Shown piece after piece: positions 20,092 to 29,500 of a stretch of 64,000 nt of DNA. A program made the position numbers and the translations under genes. The first letter of the stretch is position 1. Every line of letters starts with the position of its first letter. Origin of the DNA: Ignavibacteriota bacterium (GTDB lineage: Bacteria; Bacteroidota; Ignavibacteria; Palsa-1295); NCBI GenBank assembly GCA_963787835.1, contig CAWBEI010000004.1, forward strand, positions 32,001-96,000. The letters run 5' to 3'. Below the pieces are notes generated by a model, which ran no database searches, was not told the DNA's origin, and worked only from the letters and a program-made list of their open reading frames with translations.

Positions 20092-20453
20092 TGGCTAAAA
20101 AGAAAGAAAGCACCATTCCTCCGGAGACCATTGCATTATATGACAAGCTCATCGGCACCGTGAAAGGGGTCGAACGGAAAGGCGATACTGTTCCATATAC
20201 TTCGCTCAACGGGCACATGTTCTCCTACCTTTCGAAAGATGGAACCTTAAACCTTCGTCTTCCGAAAGACGCGATAGATCCATTTCTAACAAAATACAAG
20301 ACGAAACTCTGTGAGGCGTATGGGGTCGTGCAAAAGGAATATGTTGTCGTTCCGGCTGCACTGTTCAAAAATACCGTGGAATGTAAAAAACATTTTGCAG
20401 TGAGCTACCAGTATGTATCTTCCTTAAAACCGAAACCGACGAAGAAGAAATGA
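20091..20453 (+). CDS. TfoX N-terminal-like hypothetical protein
   Basis: PYTSLNGHMFS...KEYVVVP...SLKPKPT. Confidence 0.65.
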   Translation: MAKKKESTIPPETIALYDKLIGTVKGVERKGDTVPYTSLNGHMFSYLSKDGTLNLRLPKDAIDPFLTKYKTKLCEAYGVVQKEYVVVPAALFKNTVECKKHFAVSYQYVSSLKPKPTKKK

Positions 20454-20457
20454 GAAA

Positions 20458-21102
20458 TTACTTCGCACTCCGAACGGCATCTTGGTAGGCGCTCCGCATC
20501 TCTTCCGGAGAGGAGATGGTCATGCCAAGATCGCGGAGTTTGCCATCTTTGAGCGCATAGATCCATCCGTGAATGGTAACCTTGTCGCCGCGCATCCAGG
20601 CATCTTGCACGACGGTGGTCTGGCAGACATTCACTACTTGCTCGATCACATTTAGTTCACAAAGGCGATCGGCTTGCGCAACTTTCGTGGGCAGTTTTGA
20701 GATCTCAAGTTGGTGCTTTTGATAGACATCCTGCACATGCCGCAGCCAATTATCGATGAGGCCCAATCTCTTGCCTTCGAGTGCGGCAATGACGCCGCCA
20801 CAGCCATAGTGTCCGGTAACGATCACATGCTTCACGCCAAGCACATCGACGGCAAATTGCAGCACGGAAAGGCAATTCAGATCGGTATGAGAAACGACGT
20901 TCGCAACATTACGGTGAACGAATAGTTCACCGGGCAGCAATCCAACGATCTCATTTGCGGGAACCCGGCTATCCGAGCAGCCGATCCATAGATATTCCGG
21001 AGATTGTTGAACGGCAAGTTGTTCGAAAAAATCAGGCTGCTTCGCCGTGATCTCTTCTAACCATTTTCGATTGTTCTCGAATAATATTGCGAGTTCTTTC
21101 AT
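20458..21102 (-). CDS. can: Beta carbonic anhydrase
   Basis: WIGCSDSRV, HRNVAN, GHYGCGG. Confidence 0.96.
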   Translation of the reverse strand: MKELAILFENNRKWLEEITAKQPDFFEQLAVQQSPEYLWIGCSDSRVPANEIVGLLPGELFVHRNVANVVSHTDLNCLSVLQFAVDVLGVKHVIVTGHYGCGGVIAALEGKRLGLIDNWLRHVQDVYQKHQLEISKLPTKVAQADRLCELNVIEQVVNVCQTTVVQDAWMRGDKVTIHGWIYALKDGKLRDLGMTISSPEEMRSAYQDAVRSAK

Positions 21103-21108
21103 ACATTT

Positions 21109-21666
21109 CTACGAAATAGCGGCACGCTCGGCCTGTCCGAGATGCCGATGTTCATGGACCGCTGTAACACAAAACGCGGAATAAATATTATAGCGAACTT
21201 GTGCATGAAATGGGGATTGCACCTTTCCAATGCCAAGCGGCAGACCATCCGATTCACGGACCAGGTTGACCATATCCGATTGTAGTTCCAAAAACCGGCC
21301 AAGCACTTCTGAAATATTCAACGAGCTTTGCGACACAAATGGTGCTGTCGTTTTGAATTTGGCAATTCTGTTGATGGGAGACAAGCTCTTCACCAAAAAC
21401 CATCCCATCGGATCGAGATGATACTTGCCTGAATGCTTTGGCTTCGATTTAATCACAACGAGTGCTTGACGAATATTCTCGATCATCTTTTCGCTCGTCC
21501 AGTTCAAATGCCAAATACATTCAATTGCAGACCATCGCTCCGGCCCGGGCTTGCGCTGCCACTCAGTATCGGAATACTCGCGCTGCATTTTTGCAACGCG
21601 CTCCGTAGCGGATTGGAATTCGGAGATGAGATGAGCGAGCTGGGGGGAAATAGATGGGGTTTCCAT
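21109..21666 (-). CDS. DinB_2/YfiT-like metal-binding four-helix protein
   Basis: WSAIECIWHL...HEHRHLGQ. Confidence 0.85.
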   Translation of the reverse strand: METPSISPQLAHLISEFQSATERVAKMQREYSDTEWQRKPGPERWSAIECIWHLNWTSEKMIENIRQALVVIKSKPKHSGKYHLDPMGWFLVKSLSPINRIAKFKTTAPFVSQSSLNISEVLGRFLELQSDMVNLVRESDGLPLGIGKVQSPFHAQVRYNIYSAFCVTAVHEHRHLGQAERAAIS

Positions 21667-21772
21667 AACTGGACTCGCCTAACCACAAGCCCGAAAACAT
21701 CGTGCCGCCAACGTATGATGAGGGGCACTAATCCACATTGAGGAGTTTTACAACGAGTACTGACTCCTCAAT

Positions 21773-22120
21773 ATGAAATCGAATCTCATTGCCATCCTCT
21801 TGGTATTGTTCGCTCAGCAAGCGGAGGGGCAATCAACGCAGACCATCGCGCCGTTCAAGTCAGCAGAAGTTACCACTCCGCAACAGCCAGCGCCAACTCT
21901 GAATCTCGGAGATTTGAACAAAGTTCTGGGGCCTGCTCCCGCGCCGGCAAATGGCGTGCTCTTCTATTTCGATTATACCCAGTTTTTACAATGGCTTGTC
22001 CCCAAGAAGCATCCGAAGGTTCCGCCAGAATGTGATCCGAAATATTTTATGAATGATTCCATCCCTCCTGATCCTGTGATCAAGCAGGATACTGTTCGCG
22101 TTGCAAAACCGCCGGTGTAG
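21773..22120 (+). CDS. Hypothetical secreted Pro-rich protein
   Basis: Signal-peptide-like MKSNLIAILLVLFAQQAEG. Confidence 0.65.
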   Translation: MKSNLIAILLVLFAQQAEGQSTQTIAPFKSAEVTTPQQPAPTLNLGDLNKVLGPAPAPANGVLFYFDYTQFLQWLVPKKHPKVPPECDPKYFMNDSIPPDPVIKQDTVRVAKPPV

Positions 22121-22188
22121 AGTTGCAAAACTTCCACACCACCGGCCCGAAAACATCGTGCCGCCAGCGCAAGACGATGGGGGCATGA

Positions 22189-22467
22189 TCAATAAACGCT
22201 GCCGCGAAACTCGATTCTCGTGATATAGGTAATGATAGGCTCGCCATTCTCATAGCGGAAGATAACGCGAATGTTGCCGAGCCTGACGCGCCAATGTCCT
22301 TTCCATTCCGCTTTGAGTTTTTTAATGTCAGCGTTGTTTCTCTCACGCTGAATAATCTTTTTTAGCGATAGACGAACCGCTTCCTCAACTTTTTCAAAAT
22401 TCAAACTATCGGAATTCTTTCGGACGAATTTCTCCGCCTGATCCGAATAAATGAAGCGGATCGGCAT
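22189..22467 (-). CDS. RelE/ParE family toxin
   Basis: IKKLKAEWKGHWRVRLGNIRVIF...IEFRGSVY. Confidence 0.88.
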   Translation of the reverse strand: MPIRFIYSDQAEKFVRKNSDSLNFEKVEEAVRLSLKKIIQRERNNADIKKLKAEWKGHWRVRLGNIRVIFRYENGEPIITYITRIEFRGSVY

Positions 22468-22691
22468 TATTTCGATTCGCGGACGAGCGTGAATCGGCGG
22501 TCTTCTTCGGTCATCGAGGCGAGACCGCGAGAGATTTCGGCCTGCTCTTCGTCATCGACATACGGGATATGCGCGAAATCGTCGCCCTCCAAGAATTGGG
22601 CGGCTTGCTCGATACGCGAGCGGTCGATATCCTCTTTATCGACGAGGATAACGAATGTATCCGATGTCTCCGCTATTTCGACGTGTCTCAT
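22467..22691 (-). CDS. Putative antitoxin
   Basis: Acidic 74-aa ORF (IPYVDDEEQAEI) whose stop overlaps the relE start. Confidence 0.7.
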   Translation of the reverse strand: MRHVEIAETSDTFVILVDKEDIDRSRIEQAAQFLEGDDFAHIPYVDDEEQAEISRGLASMTEEDRRFTLVRESK

Positions 22692-22752
22692 AACAACCTT
22701 AACCACCGGCCCGAAAACATCGTGCCGCCAGCGCAAGACGGTGGGGGCATGC

Positions 22753-23613
22753 CTAATCATGCAGCTTCCGACCATACAATGCCTTTATAAACTCAGGGTT
22801 CTGATGATCAACAAATAGTAGTTTGTTCTCATCGAGCTTGCCAATGGCTTGCATATCGTCTTCGGTTAGTTCGAAATCGAAAATATCGAAGTTTTGGATG
22901 ATACGATCTTTGTGCGTGGATTTTGGAATGGTAACGATCCCGCGCTGAATGCTCCATCGCAGCGTGACCTGCGCGACGCTCTTGCCGTATTTCTCCCCGA
23001 TGCTCTTCAACACCTCGTTCCCGAACAGATTTTGCTTTCCTTCGGCGAATGGCGCCCAGCTTTCGTGCTGGACGTGATATTCATCCAACACTTTCCTGGC
23101 TTCGATCTGCTGGTTAAATGGGTGGGTTTCGATCTGATTTACCATTGGCGCAATTTCGTTACCGAGAATAAAATCGACAAGTCGGTCACTGGAAAAATTT
23201 GCTACACCGATCGCGCGTATCTTACCGGCGGCGTACAGTTCCGACATAGCACGCCATGCCCCGAAAACATCGTTATACGGCTGGTGAATCAGATAAAGAT
23301 CGAGATAATCAAGTTGCAGTTTGTCGCGCGATGTTTGGAACGCCTTTTTAGTGCCCTCATAACTAACATCATGGACCCAAACCTTGGTGGTAATGAATAG
23401 CTCTTCACGAGGCACGCCGCTTCGCTTGATCGCCCGGCCCACAGCATCTTCGTTTCGGTAAGATGCAGCCGTATCGATCAGCCGATACCCAGCTTCGAGC
23501 GCATCAACGACACTCTGCTCGCACTGAGCGAGATCGTTTATTTGAAAGACCCCAAAGCCGAGCATCGGCATTTCGACTCCGTTGTGCAATGTTACGTTTG
23601 GTACTGTTGTCAT
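22753..23613 (-). CDS. Aldo/keto reductase (2,5-DKG reductase-like)
   Basis: GYRLIDTAASY, DYLDLYLIHQP, IPKS. Confidence 0.95.
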   Translation of the reverse strand: MTTVPNVTLHNGVEMPMLGFGVFQINDLAQCEQSVVDALEAGYRLIDTAASYRNEDAVGRAIKRSGVPREELFITTKVWVHDVSYEGTKKAFQTSRDKLQLDYLDLYLIHQPYNDVFGAWRAMSELYAAGKIRAIGVANFSSDRLVDFILGNEIAPMVNQIETHPFNQQIEARKVLDEYHVQHESWAPFAEGKQNLFGNEVLKSIGEKYGKSVAQVTLRWSIQRGIVTIPKSTHKDRIIQNFDIFDFELTEDDMQAIGKLDENKLLFVDHQNPEFIKALYGRKLHD

Positions 23614-23638
23614 TTTCTTTCTTTAAAATAAAAATTAA

Positions 23639-23662
23639 TGGGGCGACCTAACGGTCGCCCCA
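23639..23662 (-). terminator. Hairpin downstream of dnaK
   Basis: TGGGGCGACC-taac-GGTCGCCCCA followed on the minus strand by a T-rich tract. Confidence 0.7.
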
Positions 23663-23681
23663 ACGTCTTACTATGCTGTAG

Positions 23682-25601
23682 TTACTTCTTCCCATCCTCA
23701 TCGACCACCTCAAAGTCAGCATTCTCGACTTTGGGGCCGGCTTGACCATTGCCGGATGGCGGCGGCTGTGCGCCATCCGCGCCAGGGGCGGGTCCGCCCG
23801 GGGCGGACTGGTACATCTGAGTGGAGACTTCCGACCATGCGCGGTTCAGTGCTTCCACTGCGGATTTTATCGCTGCGGCGTCGGTTCCCTTGAGCGCATT
23901 TTCGAGATCGGCGATGGCGGAATTTATCTTGCCCTGGCCTTCGGGCGTCATCTTGTCTTTCAGTTCCTCGACTTGCTTCTTGGACTGGAAGACCATCTGA
24001 TCGGCCTGATTGCGGGTTTCAACCTGTTCCTTGCGCTGCGTGTCCTCAGCTTTGTGGGCCTCGGCGTCGCGCTTCATTTTGTCGATCTCTTCTTTCGAAA
24101 GTCCGCTCGATGATGTAATGCGGATCGACTGCTCCTTGTTCGTCGCTTTGTCTTTCGCACTCACGTGGAGAATTCCGTTCGCATCAATATCGAATGTTAC
24201 TTCGATCTGCGGCACTCCGCGCGGCGCAGGCGGGATTCCATCCAGATGGAACTTACCGAGGGATTTATTATCGATCGCCATCGAACGCTCGCCTTGCAGA
24301 ATGTGAATTTCTACGGATGGCTGCGAATCGCTGGCCGTCGAGAACGTCTCCGATTTGCGTGTGGGGATCGTCGTGTTCGCGGGAATCATTGGCGTCGCAA
24401 CGCTGCCCATCGTTTCGATGGAAAGCGTGAGCGGCGTTACGTCGAGCAGCAGTACGTCCGTCACTTCGCCGGTGAGTACTGCGCCCTGAATGGCCGCGCC
24501 GACCGCAACCACTTCATCAGGATTCACTCCCTTATGCGGCTCCTTGCCGAAAAGCTGACGCACGATCTCCTGCACTTTCGGAATGCGCGTCGAACCACCG
24601 ACGAGAATTACCTCATCGATGTCTGCCGGAGTAACTTTCGCATTCGCGAGCGCGCGCTTGCATGGCTCGACGGAACGCTGAAGAATATCGTTCACCAACT
24701 GCTCGAACTTCGCACGGGTGAGCGTGATGTTCATGTGCTTCGGCCCATCCGCAGTTGCAGTGATGAAGGGAAGGTTCACATCCGTCTGCATGGCAGTCGA
24801 AAGTTCCATCTTCGCTTTTTCCGCAGCTTCTTTCAGGCGCTGGAGGGCCATCGGATCTTTGCGCAAGTCGATATTTTCCGCAGACTTGAATTCATCCGCA
24901 AGAAAATCGACGAGACGCGCATCGATATTATCGCCGCCAAGGTGCGTATCGCCATCGGTGGATTTTACTTCGAACACGCCTTCGCCGAGTTCCAGAATGG
25001 AAACGTCAAACGTTCCGCCGCCAAAATCATAGACGGCGATCTTCTCGTTCTTGCCTTTTTTATCGAGGCCGTACGCAAGCGCGGCAGCCGTCGGCTCATT
25101 GATGATGCGGCGCACCGTCAGTCCCGCGATCTCGCCGGCGTCTTTTGTGGCCTGGCGCTGGGTGTCGTTGAAGTATGCGGGAACGGTAATTACGGCTTCC
25201 GTAACTTTTTGCCCGAGATAATCCTCGGCGGTCTGCTTCATTTTGGTGAGGATCATCGCCGAAATTTCGGGCGGCGAATAGATCGTACCGTTGATCTCGA
25301 CCTTCACTGCATCGCCATCGCCGCGAATGACCTTGTAGGGCACGAGCTTCATCTCCTCGTTCACTTCGCCGAACTTGCGGCCCATGAAGCGCTTGATGGA
25401 AAAAACCGTGTTCTGCGGATTCGTCACGGCCTGCCGCTTGGCAGCCTGACCGACAAGCCGCTCGCCGGACTTCGTGAATGCGACGATCGAAGGCGTCGTC
25501 CGCGACCCCTCCGAATTCGCAATGACCGTCGGCTGCGTGCCTTCCATGACGGCCACGCACGAATTTGTAGTTCCTAAATCGATTCCTATTATTTTACTCA
25601 T
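23682..25601 (-). CDS. dnaK: Chaperone DnaK
   Basis: [36 protein letters not shown]. Confidence 0.99.
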   Translation of the reverse strand: MSKIIGIDLGTTNSCVAVMEGTQPTVIANSEGSRTTPSIVAFTKSGERLVGQAAKRQAVTNPQNTVFSIKRFMGRKFGEVNEEMKLVPYKVIRGDGDAVKVEINGTIYSPPEISAMILTKMKQTAEDYLGQKVTEAVITVPAYFNDTQRQATKDAGEIAGLTVRRIINEPTAAALAYGLDKKGKNEKIAVYDFGGGTFDVSILELGEGVFEVKSTDGDTHLGGDNIDARLVDFLADEFKSAENIDLRKDPMALQRLKEAAEKAKMELSTAMQTDVNLPFITATADGPKHMNITLTRAKFEQLVNDILQRSVEPCKRALANAKVTPADIDEVILVGGSTRIPKVQEIVRQLFGKEPHKGVNPDEVVAVGAAIQGAVLTGEVTDVLLLDVTPLTLSIETMGSVATPMIPANTTIPTRKSETFSTASDSQPSVEIHILQGERSMAIDNKSLGKFHLDGIPPAPRGVPQIEVTFDIDANGILHVSAKDKATNKEQSIRITSSSGLSKEEIDKMKRDAEAHKAEDTQRKEQVETRNQADQMVFQSKKQVEELKDKMTPEGQGKINSAIADLENALKGTDAAAIKSAVEALNRAWSEVSTQMYQSAPGGPAPGADGAQPPPSGNGQAGPKVENADFEVVDEDGKK

Positions 25602-25631
25602 TGTTGTGTGTGTTGTTTGTGATTGTTAAAA

Positions 25632-26582
25632 TTAATCTTGGCGTCGTTGAATTGTGTCGATCTTTATTTCTCCTCGACGAGGAGGAGCGCTATCAGCCCA
25701 TAGCGTCCACTTAATTTTCGATTTTTCGATGTCAGGCAATGCACTTGCAGTCAGTCCGAATACTGGTGCGAACTTGATTAAGTCCTTGCGAACTACTAGG
25801 TCAAATTCCAGATGTTGCTCTGGAAACAATGACGCATACGAGTGAGCATTCGTGTTATAATTGCTCCAGCTCCAAATCCACCTTTCACCATTACTATCGA
25901 CTAACCAACACGGGCAATCAAGCTGCAACTGGATTTTTTCCGCGAGCGGTCCTCCTGAATGCTGCACCGTAACAGTAATGCGAGGTCCACCTTCGTAATT
26001 GGAAATATCTTGTCGCCCGCCATTTAAGACTTTCCGCTTACCATTATGTGAAATATTCCAAAGAGTGAAAGTAGGTTCAAGAAATGGATGCACTGACCGA
26101 TTCAAACCCATTCGAACCTCATGGTCTTCCATAACTGAAACTCGATTGCCACGTCGCGTGAAATATTTCCCAGCGTACTTTAGCGATCCACCTTCGCACA
26201 TGTGAATGGTGTTGCTTTCAGGAATCTCAACTACATACACGTAACCACTCGAAATCAAATCAACTGTTTCAATTTTGACTCCACCAATTCGACGCTGCAC
26301 TGAATCCAAAACCTGATATAACGTATCTTTGGTTGTTCCAATAGAATCAACGCTCTCAAGGTGATCTGGAATTACTCTACTTCCATCCTTTCGTTCGACC
26401 ATGCCATAGACTATCGTTCCACCGGCACTGTTCGCCATGGAGGAAACATCCTTTCTGAATTCGCTCTTCCGATTCTCTTCGGAAAAACGAAGAGACTCGG
26501 CACTTTTATATTCGTGCCGAGTGTCCTCTTCTTGCGGAAGTAAAATTAAAGCTTGCAGTCGATCTTGACTCCAATCGCTCAT
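25632..26582 (-). CDS. Schlafen/AlbA_2 domain protein with unknown C-terminal domain
   Basis: EDTRHEYKS (Ex4ExK), KDVSSMANSAGGTIVYGMVE, YFTRRG. Confidence 0.85.
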   Translation of the reverse strand: MSDWSQDRLQALILLPQEEDTRHEYKSAESLRFSEENRKSEFRKDVSSMANSAGGTIVYGMVERKDGSRVIPDHLESVDSIGTTKDTLYQVLDSVQRRIGGVKIETVDLISSGYVYVVEIPESNTIHMCEGGSLKYAGKYFTRRGNRVSVMEDHEVRMGLNRSVHPFLEPTFTLWNISHNGKRKVLNGGRQDISNYEGGPRITVTVQHSGGPLAEKIQLQLDCPCWLVDSNGERWIWSWSNYNTNAHSYASLFPEQHLEFDLVVRKDLIKFAPVFGLTASALPDIEKSKIKWTLWADSAPPRRGEIKIDTIQRRQD

Positions 26583-26583
26583 G

Positions 26584-26847
26584 TTACTTCACCACTCCTC
26601 TCTTCTTAAGCCAGTCGAATAGTTGTTGCAAAAGGTCAAGTGGCAAATCAAAGTTTGTGCCATCCGTCTGCCCCTTTGCTCTCATCTCGTCTGTCGTAAT
26701 CGAGAGAGTAACAATGTCATCACCATAAATTCTATCTGATACAATTAACTCATCAATTGAGTCCAATGAGCCGTCCGTTCCAGGAATACTAACCTCAATA
26801 GTAATAATTGCTTGTTGTTCAGAGTAAAGTTTGAATTGTTTCTTCAT
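26584..26847 (-). CDS. Hypothetical protein
   Basis: 87-aa AT-rich ORF ending 1 nt before the AlbA_2 start. Confidence 0.6.
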   Translation of the reverse strand: MKKQFKLYSEQQAIITIEVSIPGTDGSLDSIDELIVSDRIYGDDIVTLSITTDEMRAKGQTDGTNFDLPLDLLQQLFDWLKKRGVVK

Positions 26848-26881
26848 AAGGTTTTTCAAAATAAATTTAAATTAAAACAAG

Positions 26882-26980
26882 TGGACCAGAGGAGAATCGA
26901 ACTCTTAGCCTGCTGCGTGTTAGGAGGTTCGCATGAGCCCCCTAACAGGCAGCTGCTCTAACCATTGGAGCTACTGGCCC
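26882..26980 (-). ncRNA. tRNA-like RNA with extended anticodon arm
   Basis: Acceptor GGGCCAG/CTGGTCC plus discriminator A; D arm GCTC-CAATGGTTA-GAGC; stem GCTGC/GCAGC enclosing 32 nt instead of 7; T arm AAGAG-TTCGATT-CTCCT (one mismatch). Confidence 0.8.
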
Positions 26981-27173
26981 ATTTTTTTGCCGCCTTGCGG
27001 CGTTGTACTCGCAGCCCAGCATGATGCGAAGCGCCCGCCGCAGCGGGCTGGGCCGCGATTCTTTCCGGTGTGGGATATGCTTCAGCTTGTCCCGTTTCGA
27101 CGCAAGCTAAAGCATGGGCCACACTACTTCCTGACTTCGGCACTAACGCAGCGCACTCCATTGTTCGAATGGT

Positions 27174-27386
27174 ATGCACACCTATCATGCCGAAACCATC
27201 GTTCAGCCGGATGGCCGCGTAACCCTGCCTCATGTACCCTTTGCGAAAGGGGAAAAGGTAGAAGTCGTCGTGATTCCGTCTTCGGAAGCTGCGCAGGCTT
27301 CTGATGAGGAAGCCTGGCGACGGCTCGCGGCTGAATCGTTCTTTCGCGATTACGATGAGCGGGATTCGATTTACGATTCCTACTAA
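27174..27386 (+). CDS. Putative antitoxin
   Basis: 70 aa, AbrB-like N-terminus (VQPDGRVTLP...GEKVEVVV), acidic C-terminus DERDSIYD; upstream of and overlapping the toxin. Confidence 0.75.
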   Translation: MHTYHAETIVQPDGRVTLPHVPFAKGEKVEVVVIPSSEAAQASDEEAWRRLAAESFFRDYDERDSIYDSY

Positions 27387-27708
27387 ATGCAATTCGGAGA
27401 ACGTTGTCCTTCTCGATTATCCGTTCACCTATGGCGCGGGTTCGAAACGGCGTCCCGGTTTAGTCCTTCTTCCAGAAGCCGATGGGGATGTGCTTTTCTC
27501 TCGCATCACCAGCCAGTTGCGCGCAGGCGAATTCGATCTCGAACTTGAAGATTGGAAGTCTGCCGGACTTGCCTATCCATCCGTTGTTCGATTGAGCAAG
27601 ATGGTCTCACTTCATCGCGATCTTATTCTGCGCCCTATTGGCCGTTTTTCCGAGCGCGATGCATCGAACATTCGATCAATGCTTCAGCGGCTTTTAACGC
27701 GGATCTAA
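27355..27708 (+). CDS. PemK/MazF family toxin
   Basis: VVLLDYPFT...KRRPGLVL...ITSQ...GLAYPSVVRLSKM; start uncertain. Confidence 0.88.
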   Translation: MSGIRFTIPTKCNSENVVLLDYPFTYGAGSKRRPGLVLLPEADGDVLFSRITSQLRAGEFDLELEDWKSAGLAYPSVVRLSKMVSLHRDLILRPIGRFSERDASNIRSMLQRLLTRI

Positions 27709-27973
27709 AGTTCAGAAACGCGTCTGGTTTCCCAGTGCATGATTTATGAAATGAGAGATCACATCTTTCTGAATCTCCAAAATCTCATGAAATCATGGTT
27801 CAGACATTAATAGTAAAGATTGTGCCAGTCTAAAAACGCCATAAATAAGAGGATTTCGGCATTGGCTTGCAGAACAGCATGACAGAATGTCACCTTTAGA
27901 GATAAACAATATATATCTGGGCAAATCGTCTTCAATGCGCGGGAATGATCCCAATCAACTAACCCTAAAGATT

Positions 27974-28549
27974 ATGCTTGACGAAGTACTCGCTTTTGTA
28001 ACCGGCGCTCTCAGTTGGATCGGCGGCGGCTCGAATTTTGAAGGACAGGATCTCAGTGGCAAGGATTTCAGCGGTGTGGACCTAAGTATGTCCAATTTTC
28101 GGAATGTCAATTTCACCGGCGCGAAGCTGTCAGGAGCGAATCTCAGCAAGTGCAACCTCGAAGGCGTGAATTTCGAAAATGCGGATCTTGCCGCCGCTGA
28201 CCTAAGCTATTCGAACCTCAAGGGTGCGAAGAACCTGGGCTCGCTCGCGATGCCCGGCATTAAGCTGCGTGGGGTGAATCTGCCGGATCTCGATTTCAGC
28301 GGCCACGAATTGATCGCCGCTGTGTTCCGTGCATCGAATTTAGCGAACGCGAATTTTTCCGGCTGCGACCTCACCGGCGCAAATTTCAGCATGTGCAATC
28401 TGGAGAATGCTGATTTCACGAACGCCGATCTCGAATACGCCGATTTCAGTTTCTCGAATATGCATAATGCCAAAATGGATGGAGCCAAGATGGCGCACGT
28501 GAAGATCACCGGAACGAATCTCAGAATGGAACAGCACGCGGTGGCGTAA
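27974..28549 (+). CDS. Pentapeptide repeat protein
   Basis: Tandem A(N/D)(L/F)(S/T)x repeats. Confidence 0.9.
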   Translation: MLDEVLAFVTGALSWIGGGSNFEGQDLSGKDFSGVDLSMSNFRNVNFTGAKLSGANLSKCNLEGVNFENADLAAADLSYSNLKGAKNLGSLAMPGIKLRGVNLPDLDFSGHELIAAVFRASNLANANFSGCDLTGANFSMCNLENADFTNADLEYADFSFSNMHNAKMDGAKMAHVKITGTNLRMEQHAVA

Positions 28550-28652
28550 GTTTGTGCAATATTCGTATCGCGACAGGGTGTTATTCCCTTTAAAATGAAA
28601 TGGCCATTCCCATTTTCGAGGGAATGACCATTTTTGAAATCCCAAAAAGAGT

Positions 28653-29186
28653 TTATGCAGCGACTGCCTCTTTTACTGGCGCCGGTTGCGAATCCAGCCC
28701 ATACCAATTATTTCGCGTGTTGATGTTCGCGCCACACATTTTCGCATAAAGGAAAAGCTGATGGCGATACGCACAGAGATATTTCGTGACCGTCAGCAAA
28801 GCCTCGAACAGCGTGGTTTCATCGCCGCTGAATGGATGGTAGGTCATGCGAGCCAGATCTGCATCAGTGATGGTTGCATAGACATCGCTGATTTCTGCTT
28901 TCTCTCGCTCGATCCACTCAGAGAAATTTGTAAAGTTTACATTCTCGGCTGAGTTCCTGGCATTTGTGCGATAGTTCGTGCGCGCTTCTTCGTGATCCAC
29001 TGGAGGGTTGACGAAGTGCTTGGTCATAGTCCCACCGATGTAGGTAAGATATTGCATCAGTTCGACGGTGGAACGCATGTTCTCGCGCGGGCGCCAATCG
29101 GCCTGACTTGCATCGAACTTCGTTGCAAGATGCTGACAGACATTCAGTTCGTGAAGGCTGCTTTTGAGGAGAGAATCTTTGATCAT
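28653..29186 (-). CDS. DinB-like family protein
   Basis: DWRP..NMRSTVELMQYL...YRHQLFLYAK. Confidence 0.7.
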   Translation of the reverse strand: MIKDSLLKSSLHELNVCQHLATKFDASQADWRPRENMRSTVELMQYLTYIGGTMTKHFVNPPVDHEEARTNYRTNARNSAENVNFTNFSEWIEREKAEISDVYATITDADLARMTYHPFSGDETTLFEALLTVTKYLCAYRHQLFLYAKMCGANINTRNNWYGLDSQPAPVKEAVAA

Positions 29187-29282
29187 ATTAGACTTGAAAA
29201 AGGTGTTTAAAATAATTGCATGAAACGACGAGCCATTAATACATTAGGACGAACAATTAAGTTTTGAGAAGTCGTCCGTAAC

Positions 29283-29437
29283 TGTCATCCTGAGCGGAGT
29301 TCTTCCGACCGGAGGGAGGAAGAACGGAGTCGAAGGATCTCTTGTAGTTTGGCTCAGAGGAGAACGACCGGAGATTCTTCGACTTCGCAAATCTTCGACC
29401 GACGGGTGGACGAAGATTTGCTGCGCTCAGAATGACA
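29283..29437. repeat. Palindromic repeat, family B
   Basis: TGTCATCCTGAGCG...GTCGAAGGATCT / AGATTCTTCGAC...CGCTCAGAATGACA. Confidence 0.88.
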
Positions 29438-29461
29438 GGCTATGGTAATCAGAAATAAATG

Positions 29462-29493
29462 AAAAAAGGGACGCGCCGTCCGCGCGTCCCTTT
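29462..29493 (-). terminator. Intrinsic terminator after hsp20
   Basis: AAAAAAGGGACGCG-ccgtccg-CGCGTCCCTTT. Confidence 0.8.
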
Positions 29494-29500
29494 ATAATAT

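Larger units (their letters stand above)
21689..22752. repeat. Three dispersed ~45-bp direct hairpin repeats (21689-21729, 22141-22187, 22705-22752)
   Basis: Consensus GCCCGAAAACATCGTGCCGCCARCGYAWGAYGRTGGGGGCA. Confidence 0.9.

Noticed and set aside
21689-22752. CRISPR array or canonical integron reading of the three repeats
   Set aside because: Spacing is 450-560 bp and contains genes; only one attC-like core is present and there is no intI in the window.
23260-23274. CCCGAAAACATCGT inside the aldo/keto reductase gene, matching the hairpin repeat
   Set aside because: Only about 14 bp, encoding ordinary protein sequence (NDVFG) and lacking the second arm; probably chance.
24165-25577. 470-aa ORF antisense to dnaK
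   Set aside because: Long antisense ORFs opposite dnaK are a familiar codon-bias shadow; it has no independent motifs.
26882-26980. Ordinary tRNA-Asn with an archaeal-type or group I intron
   Set aside because: No bulge-helix-bulge geometry, far too short for self-splicing, and the identity elements are not Asn-like.
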